This document shows positions 30,743 to 38,589 of a DNA stretch of 64,000 nucleotides, piece by piece. A model generated the notes under the pieces. That model worked only from the letters and a program-made list of their open reading frames with translations. It did not search any database and was not told where the DNA came from. A program made the position numbers and the translations under genes. Source of the DNA: a virus (Duplodnaviria; Heunggongvirae; Uroviricota; Caudoviricetes). The stretch lies in the IMG/VR virus record IMGVR_UViG_3300040781_000350. The stretch is one strand, 5' to 3'. The stretch's first letter is position 1; each line of letters begins with the position of its first letter.

Positions 30743-31332
30743 ATTTTCAAGAGTTCTTTTGTGAATCATTTTCAAACCTTTTCATTAACAAAGATGATGA
30801 AAAGCGTAGACAGTTAGCAGATCAAATCCATAGTATGGTGGGTGCATCATATCAGAAAGCTACTGGTCAGCAAAACTTAGCTTTTGGTATGCAGTCTCCA
30901 GAAGCTATGCTTGAAACCATACCATTTTGGAAAATCGCAAAACGTGATGGACGTATAAGAGCAGTCATTCTTTATAAAGATAAGAATGGAAGAAAATCGA
31001 TGGCAATTGCAACCGATAGTACTAAAGAAGGAAAAAATCTTCTCAAACAAATGCTGCATGATGACATGATACGAAATCGAGCATACAGTGAAATTTCCGA
31101 TCCATCACTTTCATTCAGAAAGAAAATTCTCCCAGCAAATTTATCAATTCAAGACATAGCTATACCATTTGAAGAAGTTCAGAAGATGATGCCTAATATA
31201 ACTAGACCACCACAAGATGATCCGCATGTTATAAAACATCCTGAACTTGAGCCATATTTCTATCAGAGAGAGTTCGGTGGAGATCTAAAGACAAAAATAA
31301 TGGTCGGTCAAATTGGTAATGAAATATCATAA
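30733..31332 (+). CDS. hypothetical protein
   Basis: 199 aa ORF. Confidence 0.65.
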   Translation: MRLNFQEFFCESFSNLFINKDDEKRRQLADQIHSMVGASYQKATGQQNLAFGMQSPEAMLETIPFWKIAKRDGRIRAVILYKDKNGRKSMAIATDSTKEGKNLLKQMLHDDMIRNRAYSEISDPSLSFRKKILPANLSIQDIAIPFEEVQKMMPNITRPPQDDPHVIKHPELEPYFYQREFGGDLKTKIMVGQIGNEIS

Positions 31333-31334
31333 AG

Positions 31335-31350
31335 GGAACTATCATATAAT
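31335..31350 (+). promoter_or_regulatory. GGAAC-N5-TATAAT promoter at the head of the RNA island
   Basis: GGAAC TATCA TATAAT, followed by boxA-like CGTTCTTTATCA at 31364-31375. Confidence 0.7.
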
Positions 31351-31456
31351 AGAGACAGAAATACGTTCTTTATCAGAAAAATCAAAAATAGTTCAAAAAA
31401 AAATAGTTTAAAAAGAAGGAACTATGATATACTTGGCATAAGTAATAACAACGACA

Positions 31457-31558
31457 ATGAATTTACATACACAATATAGCTTTAACAAATGTGAGTCTGA
31501 TATTAGACAATCACGCCCGATAGCGAATGTGCTGAATACAGGAGGTAGCGGGGATTGA
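31457..31558 (+). CDS. 33 aa putative leader peptide
   Basis: MNLHTQYSFNKCESDIRQSRPIANVLNTGGSGD* between promoters and a terminator. Confidence 0.45.
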   Translation: MNLHTQYSFNKCESDIRQSRPIANVLNTGGSGD

Positions 31559-31603
31559 CCACGAGATAATTTTAAGTTCTGAAAAAGAACAATAATAGAA
31601 TTG

Positions 31604-31636
31604 AACTCGGGTCAGAAAAAGGACACCGGGTTTTTT
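31604..31636 (+). terminator. rho-independent terminator / attenuator candidate
   Basis: AACTCGGGTC-AGAAAAAG-GACACCGGGTT hairpin with T-tail. Confidence 0.6.
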
Positions 31637-31650
31637 AATGATTTTAAAGA

Positions 31651-31678
31651 TAGACAAAAATAGGAACACAGATATAAT
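31651..31678 (+). promoter_or_regulatory. GGAAC-class promoter
   Basis: TAGACA-N16-TATAAT with GGAAC 5 nt before the -10. Confidence 0.7.
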
Positions 31679-31960
31679 TTAAACATAATTTAGTAAATGG
31701 CGCCTTGAGCCAAATAAAGAATCAAGGTTAGTACGTCCACTGTAAAAGCATCATGGGCACCTAAACCAATTATATAATTGAGAGAGGTGAAAGTAAGATT
31801 TATAAAATGGTGGCTGCACCAGTGAAGTTGAGATTTTTCTCCTTCTGGTGCAGCCTTAACTTTCAGGAATATGGCAGCTGTTCGATTCAGTAACTCTTCG
31901 GAGATGTGGTGTTGTCAGATACGTTCAAAGTTAGACTCCTTGTATTCCTCAATTTTCAAA

Positions 31961-32031
31961 TCCTAGTCGTCTAGAAGCAGAGGACACCAGCCAGTTCGTG
32001 CTGGAAACGATAAGTTGCGATTATCCTAGGA
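31961..32031 (+). pseudogene. degenerate tRNA (Glu-like D-arm, 8-nt anticodon loop)
   Basis: TCCTAG/CTAGGA acceptor, GTCTAG..AGGAC D-arm, CCAGC/GCTGG stem, aberrant T-loop. Confidence 0.5.
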
Positions 32032-32129
32032 CGTTTTAATCCATATAATCTAGGCAAGAGCTTGCAGGCTTATCATTTAGGTTATATGGCGCCAGATATA
32101 TAGTAACTGCAATTACAAATATACCTGCG

Positions 32130-32197
32130 TTGTATCGGTCGGCTGGCGGAGACGCCCTCGTGAAGAGGGAGGTGATTGGTTCGATTCCAATATACAA
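32130..32197 (+). pseudogene. degenerate tRNA-like element
   Basis: TTGTAT/ATACAA stem and perfect T-arm ATTGG-TTCGATT-CCAAT; anticodon arm aberrant. Confidence 0.45.
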
Positions 32198-32290
32198 ATT
32201 CGATATTTATACCTATGCAAGTCATGTGTGAGTCATGGGGACGAAACATATAATAAACCACATGTCATGTATATGTTTCAAATTTTATAA

Positions 32291-32377
32291 GCCTAGGTGG
32301 CTCAGTTGGTCGACAGCGCCTGCTTTGTAAGCAGGATCCTACAGGACTCGTGGGTTCGAATCCCACCCTAGGCTCCA
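32291..32377 (+). tRNA. trnT: tRNA-Thr(UGU), enlarged variable arm
   Basis: full cloverleaf, CCTGC-TTTGTAA-GCAGG, CCA encoded. Confidence 0.9.
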
Positions 32378-32419
32378 TTTTGATTGTAGTTTTCGAGTTA
32401 CGTTTGATTAAGTATTTAT

Positions 32420-32944
32420 ATGATAACATGTATGCAATGCAATAAATTGATTCCTAATCAGGAATCGATAGCTCATAAATATCAAAAACGTTTTTGTGAT
32501 AGTTCTTGTAGTGCAAAATACAATAACACAAAACGTAAATATAAAAAACAACCAAAAAGCAAGTGTTTGAATTGCGATAAAGAAACAAAATATAGTACAA
32601 CGAAGTTTTGTTCGCATCAATGTTCAGGAGATTTTAGAGCAAAACAAGCATATAAAACCAATATCGAAAAATATAAAGCTGGTGAATTAACAAATCGTAA
32701 TCGTATATATTCATTTCTTGTTGAAGAATTTGGTAATATATGTAATATATGCCAGTTAGATGGTAACAATTGGAACGGTAAACCTATCAGATTATGGGTA
32801 GATCATATTGATGGGAATGCAACAAATAATTCACCATCGAATTTCAGACTGTTGTGTCCAAATTGCGAATCACAAACTGATTTTTGTAGAGGTAAGAATT
32901 ATGGAAATGGTAGATCATCAAGAGGTCTAAAACCATACGGGTAA
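32420..32944 (+). mobile_element. free-standing HNH homing endonuclease with N-terminal Cys-rich zinc ribbons
   Basis: FCDSSC, FCSHQC repeats; VDHIDGNATNN...LLCPNC. Confidence 0.85.
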
Positions 32945-32950
32945 TTTAAT

Positions 32951-33025
32951 GGATCTATAATATAACGGCTATTATCACCGGTTTTTACCCGGCTTATCCG
33001 GGTTCAAGTCCCGGTGGATCCACCA
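32951..33025 (+). tRNA. trnK: tRNA-Lys(UUU) (body resembles Glu-type)
   Basis: CCGG-TTTTTAC-CCGG anticodon arm, T-arm, CCA. Confidence 0.75.
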
Positions 33026-33030
33026 TTTAA

Positions 33031-33270
33031 CGTCCCTAGAATCACAGGTATAGGTGCGCCAATGCAAACTATGCGGCATTGGTCAGTAATGCAATGCACC
33101 TTTGATGTAGATTTGCGAGATACGAAGTAGGTGTTGATAGCAGATAGCATAGGCTGTAAACAACACTGAGATAGTTGATCGTGTAGGAGAATTGCCTAGG
33201 AGGGATGACCATCTACAGTTCGAAAGCCGGAAGTCTTGGGTGTTAGGCTTGACAATCGGAGAGACGATAC
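33031..33270 (+). ncRNA. unassigned structured RNA (~240 nt)
   Basis: nested stems GGTGC/GCACC, CCAATGC/GCATTGG, TCCCT/AGGGA, ATCG-GAGAGA-CGAT; no plausible ORF. Confidence 0.45.
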
Positions 33271-33279
33271 AAATTTAAT

Positions 33280-33356
33280 GGGCGTGTAGTTCAAGTGGCA
33301 GAATACCGGATTTGCAATTCGGAGGTTTGGGATTTCGATTATCCCCACGTCCACCA
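33280..33356 (+). tRNA. trnA: tRNA-Ala(UGC)
   Basis: G3:U70 pair, loop TTTGCAA, CCA. Confidence 0.88.
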
Positions 33357-33476
33357 TCTTAAAAATGATAACAGTATGGTCAGAACATAGCTATTCTAGA
33401 TTAACTATGCAATGCACTTGAAGATTAGGACACTTCTTAAGTTATCGATAATGTATATCAGTCCTATACAATTTAT

Positions 33477-33594
33477 GATCGAGGTCGTTATAATCGACTC
33501 ACCAAAATAATGTAGAGTACTATATGTTATTGCGGGAAATAAAAGATATGTAATGAGCTATTGCACAGGGGTGAAAATCCTCCATCGATCACCA
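33477..33594 (+). ncRNA. CCA-ended tRNA-like RNA (118 nt)
   Basis: GATCGA/TCGATC acceptor, T-arm with TGAAAAT loop, ACCA end, no normal anticodon arm. Confidence 0.5.
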
Positions 33595-33600
33595 TTTTAT

Positions 33601-33686
33601 GGGTACCTAAAGCTGTTCGGATACAGTAGCTTGACTGTAAATCAAGTCTCTTCGGGGGAGTGGTTCGAGTCCACAGGTACCCACCA
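33601..33686 (+). tRNA. trnY: tRNA-Tyr(GUA)
   Basis: CTTGA-CTGTAAA-TCAAG, class II variable arm, CCA. Confidence 0.9.
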
Positions 33687-33690
33687 TTTA

Positions 33691-33826
33691 TACATAGTAG
33701 CTTAATTGAGTTAGATGATCAAATGAGTCTGTGAGAGGTACCCAAAATCAGATAGTTTGATCATACTGATAAAGCGGCCGGCTAATAACCGGTATCGTTG
33801 TTGGTAGAAATCCAACTATTGTATAA
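33691..33826 (+). tRNA. tRNA-Ile(AAU)-like with ~60 nt D-loop insertion, probably pseudo
   Basis: GCCGG-CTAATAA-CCGGT arm; insert stem ATGATCAAA/TTTGATCAT; weak acceptor, no CCA. Confidence 0.5.
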
Positions 33827-33835
33827 CAATTTTAT

Positions 33836-33947
33836 GTCGCAATTAGTGTAACGGTTAGCACGCCACCGCAAGGTGAGGACAGCAGTTCGATTCTGCAAAG
33901 CTTGGAGGTCCTTGAAGGAAGATCGGTTCAAATCCGATAGCGACTCA
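33836..33947 (+). ncRNA. tRNA-like RNA with two T-arms
   Basis: GTCGC/GCGAC ends, D-arm AGTGTAACGGTTAGCAC, GCAG-TTCGATT-CTGC and ATCGG-TTCAAAT-CCGAT. Confidence 0.5.
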
Positions 33948-33954
33948 TTTTTAT

Positions 33955-34030
33955 TGTAGGGAGGGATGCTGGTATCCCCGTGAGTCTCATAAGCTCACTG
34001 ACGCGGGTTCGATTCCCGCCCCCGCACCCA
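33955..34030 (+). tRNA. trnM: tRNA-Met(CAU)
   Basis: TGAGT-CTCATAA-GCTCA, T-arm, CCA. Confidence 0.8.
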
Positions 34031-34138
34031 TTTTACTGAAGGTCGGCACACTGATATGCCAATGCCGTCTGCAGCGGTTAGTCAAAATTGGTCTCTAACC
34101 AGGAGTTGATAAGATCACTTCAGTAACAATTTTATAAT

Positions 34139-34214
34139 GGTCTCATGGTCCAACGGCTTAAGATATTCGACTGTCTCTCGAATGATGAGGGTTCGATTCC
34201 CTCTGGGATCGCCA
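34139..34214 (+). tRNA. trnD: tRNA-Asp(GUC)
   Basis: TTCGA-CTGTCTC-TCGAA, G73, CCA. Confidence 0.88.
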
Positions 34215-34219
34215 TTTAA

Positions 34220-34296
34220 TTGACCAGAGGAGAATAGTGAAACTCGTTCGACAGTTTATCGAAAAATAGTGGGTTTGAATCCCATTGGTTGAGCCA
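34220..34296 (+). tRNA. tRNA-Asn(GUU)-like, degenerate
   Basis: TTCGA-CAGTTTA-TCGAA (A33), G73, CCA. Confidence 0.55.
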
Positions 34297-34303
34297 TTTA
34301 TAT

Positions 34304-34378
34304 GCCGCTATGTTGTAAAGGATGCATTTCTTCCCTGTCAAGGTTGAGGTACGAGTTCAAATCTCGTTAGTGGCGCCA
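34304..34378 (+). tRNA. trnD: tRNA-Asp(GUC), second copy
   Basis: loop CTGTCAA, mismatched stem, G73, CCA. Confidence 0.7.
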
Positions 34379-34379
34379 C

Positions 34380-34496
34380 GGGTCCTTAGCTCAAATGGTT
34401 AGAGCAACCGACTCTTTCAAATTATATGATAATATTTCTATTGTATGATTTGGAATAATCGGTAGGTTGGGAGTTCGATCCTCCCAGGACCCACCA
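34380..34496 (+). tRNA. tRNA-Ile2/Met(CAU) interrupted by a 40-nt hairpin insert (34415-34454) between positions 34 and 35
   Basis: removing the insert restores ACCGA-CTCATAA-TCGGT; rest of the cloverleaf is canonical with CCA. Confidence 0.8.
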
Positions 34497-34541
34497 TTTT
34501 CGATATGTTAGGGTACCGATAATATTTGAATAAATATTAAT

Positions 34542-35216
34542 ATGGAATATATTACCATTATTTGCAAAAATTGCGAACAAGAACATCGATACCCTAAACG
34601 TCATTATATTCAAAGACAGAAAACAGGAAGACCGCATAAGATATATTGTTCAAGACATTGTGCTGATATCGGTAAATCGGTCAAATACGAAAAAAGACAT
34701 TGTGTTGTATGTAAAGATGAATTTAATTGTAAATCAAATTTAAAAACAAAATGTTGTAGTCGTAAATGTGCTGATAATTTACATAATCCTAAAAAGAAAT
34801 GTGGCAAATGTAAAAAACCTGATTGTAATAATATTACCAGTAATCATCGAAAAGTATTATGTGATATATGTATTGGTGAAGGTAGATCATATTATAAAGC
34901 ATATAATTACATGTTACCAGATGAGCTTCCTCTTTATAAAGTTATAAAACAAAGAGGTTCAAATAAATTTGATGTAGTTAGATCATGGGCTCGTAAAAAA
35001 ATGATCAACAGTGGTGTAGAATTAAAATGCGATGTTTGTGATTATGATATTCATGTTGAAGCAGCACATATTAAACCTTTAAGTACATTTTCACCAGATA
35101 CACTCATTTCAGAAGTTAACTCATTTGATAACTTAAGATTGATGTGCCGTAATCATCATTGGGAGCTTGACCATGGGGTATTAAAAGAAAAAATTTCATC
35201 GCCGCGAAGCTCTTAG
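34542..35216 (+). mobile_element. HNH homing endonuclease with multiple zinc ribbons
   Basis: YCSRHC, CCSRKC repeats; EAAHIKP...NLRLMCRNHH. Confidence 0.85.
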
Positions 35217-35289
35217 TAGAGCAGTTGGATTTATATCCCAATGTCTAGATAAGAAACAGGAAGGGGAGCGTAACCCCTCGCGGCGACCA
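35200..35289 (+). tRNA. tRNA-Ile(UAU)-like, degenerate T-loop
   Basis: CGCCGCG/CGCGGCG acceptor, loop TTTATAT, ACCA; overlaps the HNH stop. Confidence 0.5.
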
Positions 35290-35313
35290 TTTACATTTTT
35301 CAATTTTATATAT

Positions 35314-35406
35314 CGTGGAGTGCCCGAGTTGGTTTAAGGGATCCGGCTTGGAACCGGATGAATTGGCCCGTTGTCTGTTCCGTGGGTTCGAATCCCACCT
35401 CCGCGA
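35314..35406 (+). tRNA. class II (Ser-like) tRNA with UGG (Pro) anticodon
   Basis: TCCGG-CTTGGAA-CCGGA, long variable arm, Ser-like D-arm, no CCA. Confidence 0.65.
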
Positions 35407-35416
35407 CATTTTATAT

Positions 35417-35502
35417 GGAGGTTAGCGTCAAGGCGACAAACGGGTGTTGAATACCCGGCCGGGTTTAATAGCTCGAGGGTTCAATTCCTTTAGCCTCCGC
35501 CA
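35417..35502 (+). tRNA. trnS: tRNA-Ser(UGA)
   Basis: loop GTTGAAT, long V-arm, G73, CCA. Confidence 0.8.
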
Positions 35503-35510
35503 CTTCCCAT

Positions 35511-35586
35511 CCCTGGGAAGCTCATACGGAAGAGCACACGGTCGATAACCGTGAGGTAGTCGGTTCGAATCCGATTACTACAGCCC
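35511..35586 (+). pseudogene. tRNA-Ile(GAU) pseudogene (unpaired acceptor)
   Basis: CACGG-TCGATAA-CCGTG and T-arm intact, acceptor does not pair. Confidence 0.55.
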
Positions 35587-35592
35587 TTTCAT

Positions 35593-35669
35593 CCCTAGGT
35601 AGCTTAGCGGTTTAAAGCATCCGGTTGATAACCGGAAGACCGAGAGTTCAAATCTCTCCTCAGGGACCA
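35593..35669 (+). tRNA. trnI: tRNA-Ile(GAU)
   Basis: TCCGG-TTGATAA-CCGGA, CCA. Confidence 0.88.
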
Positions 35670-35675
35670 CTTTAT

Positions 35676-35760
35676 TCTGACGTAGCCGAGCTGGTAGCAG
35701 GCGACAGACTGTTAATCTGTAGGAGAAATCCCGTCGGTGGTTCGAGCCCACCCGTCAGAG
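35676..35760 (+). tRNA. trnN: tRNA-Asn(GUU), enlarged variable arm
   Basis: ACAGA-CTGTTAA-TCTGT, G73, no CCA. Confidence 0.85.
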
Positions 35761-35771
35761 CTTTATTTTAT

Positions 35772-35849
35772 TCCGTCTGGGCTGGCATAGTGTTAAGCGG
35801 CAGGCTGTTAACCTGTTTAAGTGTGGGGCGGTACCACAAGACGGAGCCA
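35772..35849 (+). tRNA. trnN: tRNA-Asn(GUU), degenerate T-loop
   Basis: GCAGG-CTGTTAA-CCTGT, T-loop GGCGGTA, G73, CCA. Confidence 0.65.
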
Positions 35850-35941
35850 TTTGCGGTCCCCGGCTTGACTAGAAACGAGCTCGCAGTCTCTTCCAGGGTC
35901 TTCTGCGTTATCAAAAGGATTAAGACCCTACCACTTTATAT

Positions 35942-36017
35942 CTCCTAGCATGCTGTTGGAAGCACAGTGATTCTTACAAAATCGCTCTCGTAAGTTCGAT
36001 TCTTACCTAGGAGACCA
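35942..36017 (+). tRNA. trnV: tRNA-Val(UAC)
   Basis: loop CTTACAA, T-arm, CCA. Confidence 0.8.
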
Positions 36018-36024
36018 TTTTAAC

Positions 36025-36100
36025 GGGAATATGGTGTAACAGGTGCGCACGCTCGACTGAAGATCCTGAGGTTCTGGTTCGATTCCAGATATTCCCGCCA
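36025..36100 (+). tRNA. trnF: tRNA-Phe(GAA)
   Basis: loop CTGAAGA, T-arm, CCA. Confidence 0.8.
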
Positions 36101-36186
36101 TTTTAACGTTTAACATGTGAGGAGCATGACTTAATTGGTACGTGAGGAGCATGAACAAATAAACAAATACATGGTCACAATTTTAT

Positions 36187-36358
36187 GAGGGGGTATCCTA
36201 GTGGTAAGGGACAGACTCTGTCGTATATGAATTAGTTTGGAAGCGTACGGTAGTACATTCTAATTTCATATTATGGCAACCTGTTGTTGACGAAAGCAAA
36301 ACAAAGCGCTTTGTTTTGTGGGAGACGTTGAAGGTTCGATTCCTTTTCCCGCTCGCCA
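36187..36358 (+). tRNA. tRNA-Gln(CUG)-like gene with ~57-nt anticodon-loop insert and long V-arm
   Basis: normal acceptor, D- and T-arms, G73, CCA; ACAGA-CTCTG[insert]AA-CCTGT. Confidence 0.5.
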
Positions 36359-36514
36359 TTTTTATTCTGACAATGCTAAGCTGATCTTTTTAAGGGACTG
36401 TACTGCTGGTATGATCTGTTACAACTATCGCTTGAAGGTATACATTCTTGCCCTGTGACAAGTTCAACATTGGTCAACGTGGTAGCTCCTCGTTGTTTAC
36501 AGATATTTTATAAT

Positions 36515-36591
36515 GCATCACTAGTGTTTAACGGCTAGCACGTGAGTCTTCCAAACTTGAAGTAAGGGTTCAAGTCCCTTGTGATGCACCA
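36515..36591 (+). tRNA. trnG: tRNA-Gly(UCC)
   Basis: loop CTTCCAA, T-arm, CCA. Confidence 0.88.
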
Positions 36592-36594
36592 TTT

Positions 36595-36709
36595 TATTTG
36601 TTGTGTATCAACTATCGACGGCAGCCAGTGAGCAGCCGGTTACAATGGGTCACTACCACGTAGCGAAAAGATCGTCACTTATATCATAGCTGGTACAACA
36701 TAACAATAA
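36595..36709 (+). ncRNA. unassigned pseudoknotted RNA motif, copy 1
   Basis: GACGGC..AGTGAG..GCCGGT..GCGAAAAG..GTCACTTA shared with 38590-38664. Confidence 0.6.
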
Positions 36710-36711
36710 TC

Positions 36712-36784
36712 GCACTGTAGTGTAAGGCTAACACGCTCCAATCAAGAGGGAGTAATTCGGTATAGGACCCGATGGTGCACCCAT
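36712..36784 (+). pseudogene. degenerate Gly-like tRNA
   Basis: GCACTG/TGGTGC acceptor and D-arm; 9-nt anticodon loop, aberrant T-loop. Confidence 0.45.
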
Positions 36785-36795
36785 TTATATTTTAT

Positions 36796-36871
36796 GGCGC
36801 CATCGTCTAAAGGTCAGGACAATACCCTTTCAAGGTAGAAATCGAGAGTTCAAGTCTCCGTGGCGTCACCA
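36796..36871 (+). tRNA. trnE: tRNA-Glu(UUC)
   Basis: loop CTTTCAA, GTCTA..AGGAC D-arm, CCA. Confidence 0.88.
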
Positions 36872-36877
36872 TTTTAT

Positions 36878-36953
36878 GCCTCATCGGACTATATAGTAGC
36901 GCAGCATTACTGCAGTGATGATGAAATCGGTGTGACTCCGATATGGGGCTCCA
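36878..36953 (+). tRNA. tRNA-Cys(GCA)-like, degenerate
   Basis: CTGCAG loop, U73, CCA, T-loop TGTGACT. Confidence 0.55.
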
Positions 36954-37249
36954 TTTTACCAGGCAGAAATGTTCACAACGGAGATACAAGCGCGAATACG
37001 ATCAATGCGGTGTCCGCTTCACCTGACCTGGTAATTAATTTTATTAACAAACTAAAGTATCCATTACAAATTGGATCAACATTATATCCTAAAGGTACGG
37101 TTGTTGAGGTGCTAATGCACAACGATAAACGCATTACAAATGTGTTTCCAAACATGCAACATAACCCTGAATCAACACAAGTAGCAATCATGCTACCAGG
37201 GAGAGAGAAACCAACAATACATGTTGCAAAAGGTAATGAATAATTTTAT

Positions 37250-37326
37250 GGGGATGAAGCTTATTAGGAAAAGCGGCTGGCTCTTAACCAGTAGTCTTGT
37301 CGGTTCGAATCCGATTATCCCTACCA
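37250..37326 (+). tRNA. trnK: tRNA-Lys(CUU)
   Basis: CTGG-CTCTTAA-CCAG, CCA. Confidence 0.88.
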
Positions 37327-37511
37327 TTTAGTATACTGCTCCTTGCCTTGTAAAGCAAATGGCATCTCCTATGACTAATGATACAATACAGCGGTTCGAA
37401 ACGCAAAATTGGTGACCGATTAGGGATGAATTCCTCCGTGTAGGAAGGAGCTTAAATTTATATAAACTACGGAAAAGTAAGTAAACCTGCAATGAGAATA
37501 TAAATATTATC

Positions 37512-38120
37512 ATGAGATATTTCATGTATAAAACAACTAATTTAAAAAATGGTAAAATATACATCGGTGTGCACAGGACCAAAAATGTAGATGATGGTTA
37601 TTTAGGTTCAGGTGTTATGATAAAACGTTCAATCCTTAAATATGGTAAACAATGTTTTAAAAAAGAAATATTGCAAGAATTTGAGTCGGTATCAGCAATG
37701 TATGATGCTGAAAGAAATACAGTTACAACTGAATTTATTAACAGGCCTGATGTTTACAATCTTAGAGTTGGTGGTTGGGGTGGAAAAATCACTGAACAAA
37801 CACGCCAAAAAATATCAAAAGCTTTATTAGGAAAGAAAAAAACAGACCAGATGAAAGAAAAACTTAGAAACGCTCGAACAGGTACAAAATTAAAGGAATC
37901 CACAAAAAACAAGATTCAAAATTCGAGAAACGAAAACAAAGACAGTCGAGATCAAATATGGTGTACACTTTTTGATGAATGGAAAAATAGCGGTTTGAGT
38001 AAAAATGAATTTATAAAAAAAGCAGGTTATCATAGCACAACAACAGCAACATATAATTGGGTTAGGCTAGGATTACAGCCTGCTAAAGAAAGAATAAAAA
38101 GAAAAATTAAGACCTCTTAG
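37512..38120 (+). mobile_element. GIY-YIG homing endonuclease (Seg-like, NUMOD3-type repeats)
   Basis: YFMYKTTNLKNGKIYIG, YLGSG, YNLRVGG, TEQTRQKISKA. Confidence 0.9.
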
Positions 38121-38187
38121 CTCAGAGGACAGAGCAGCAGCCTACGAAGTTGCGTTGTCGGGAGTTCGAATCTCTCAGAGGTCACCA
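38111..38187 (+). tRNA. trnR: tRNA-Arg(ACG)
   Basis: GCAGC-CTACGAA-GTTGC, CCA. Confidence 0.92.
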
Positions 38188-38194
38188 TTTTTAT

Positions 38195-38270
38195 TGTCCC
38201 GTGTGTGTAACGGATAGCACGACTGACTTTGAATCAGTAGGTCCAGGTTCGATTCCTGGTGGAGCTGCCA
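38195..38270 (+). tRNA. trnQ: tRNA-Gln(UUG)
   Basis: ACTGA-CTTTGAA-TCAGT, G73, CCA, weak acceptor. Confidence 0.78.
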
Positions 38271-38275
38271 TTTAT

Positions 38276-38367
38276 TGCAGGGTAGTGTAATCCGGTAACA
38301 TGTCGGGCTCATAACCCGAAGAAGCACTTCGAGTGTGTTGTAGGTTCAAATCCTTCCCCTGCCTCCA
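38276..38367 (+). tRNA. trnfM: initiator-like tRNA-fMet(CAU) with long variable arm
   Basis: three G-C pairs TCGGG/CCCGA, 1:72 mismatch, CCA. Confidence 0.8.
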
Positions 38368-38454
38368 TTTTCTGATATTGTAATATTGACGTGTTACAAT
38401 TGATGTATGATTGCCATATGGATAATAGCTGCGTCAACAGTTATATGAAGTATC

Positions 38455-38526
38455 GCTGATATAGTGTAATTGGTAACACAGCCTCCTAACACGAGGCGGA
38501 TATAGGTTCGAGTCCTGTTTTCATAT
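38455..38526 (+). tRNA. tRNA-Val(AAC)-like, probably pseudo
   Basis: GCCTC-CTAACAC-GAGGC, good D/T arms, poor acceptor, no CCA. Confidence 0.55.
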
Positions 38527-38589
38527 TGCAATCGTTAATTTATAGATAATTGATACGGAGTAGTTGAACGAAAAAGTATCATTTATTTG

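Noticed and set aside
32223-32279. Hammerhead ribozyme (TGAGTC...GACGAAAC...GTT)
   Set aside because: Stem II, GAAA and stem III are present, but the essential CUGA of the core and stem I are missing.
34415-34454. Group I intron in the tRNA
   Set aside because: 40 nt is far too short and has no P7 core.
36116-36155. CRISPR or CsrA-sponge repeat (GTGAGGAGCATGA x2)
   Set aside because: Only two 13-nt copies; no array structure or cas genes anywhere in the window.
36712-36784. Opal suppressor/selenocysteine tRNA (TCA in loop)
   Set aside because: 9-nt loop without U33, aberrant T-loop and no Sec features; treated as a degenerate Gly-like tRNA.
35625-37243. ORF-track calls 35625-35948, 36860-37243, 40518-, 44723- and 48408- as given
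   Set aside because: They overlap clear tRNA genes. Starts were moved downstream where an ATG exists; otherwise the calls were dropped. The 3' part of 36860-37243 may be a gene remnant.
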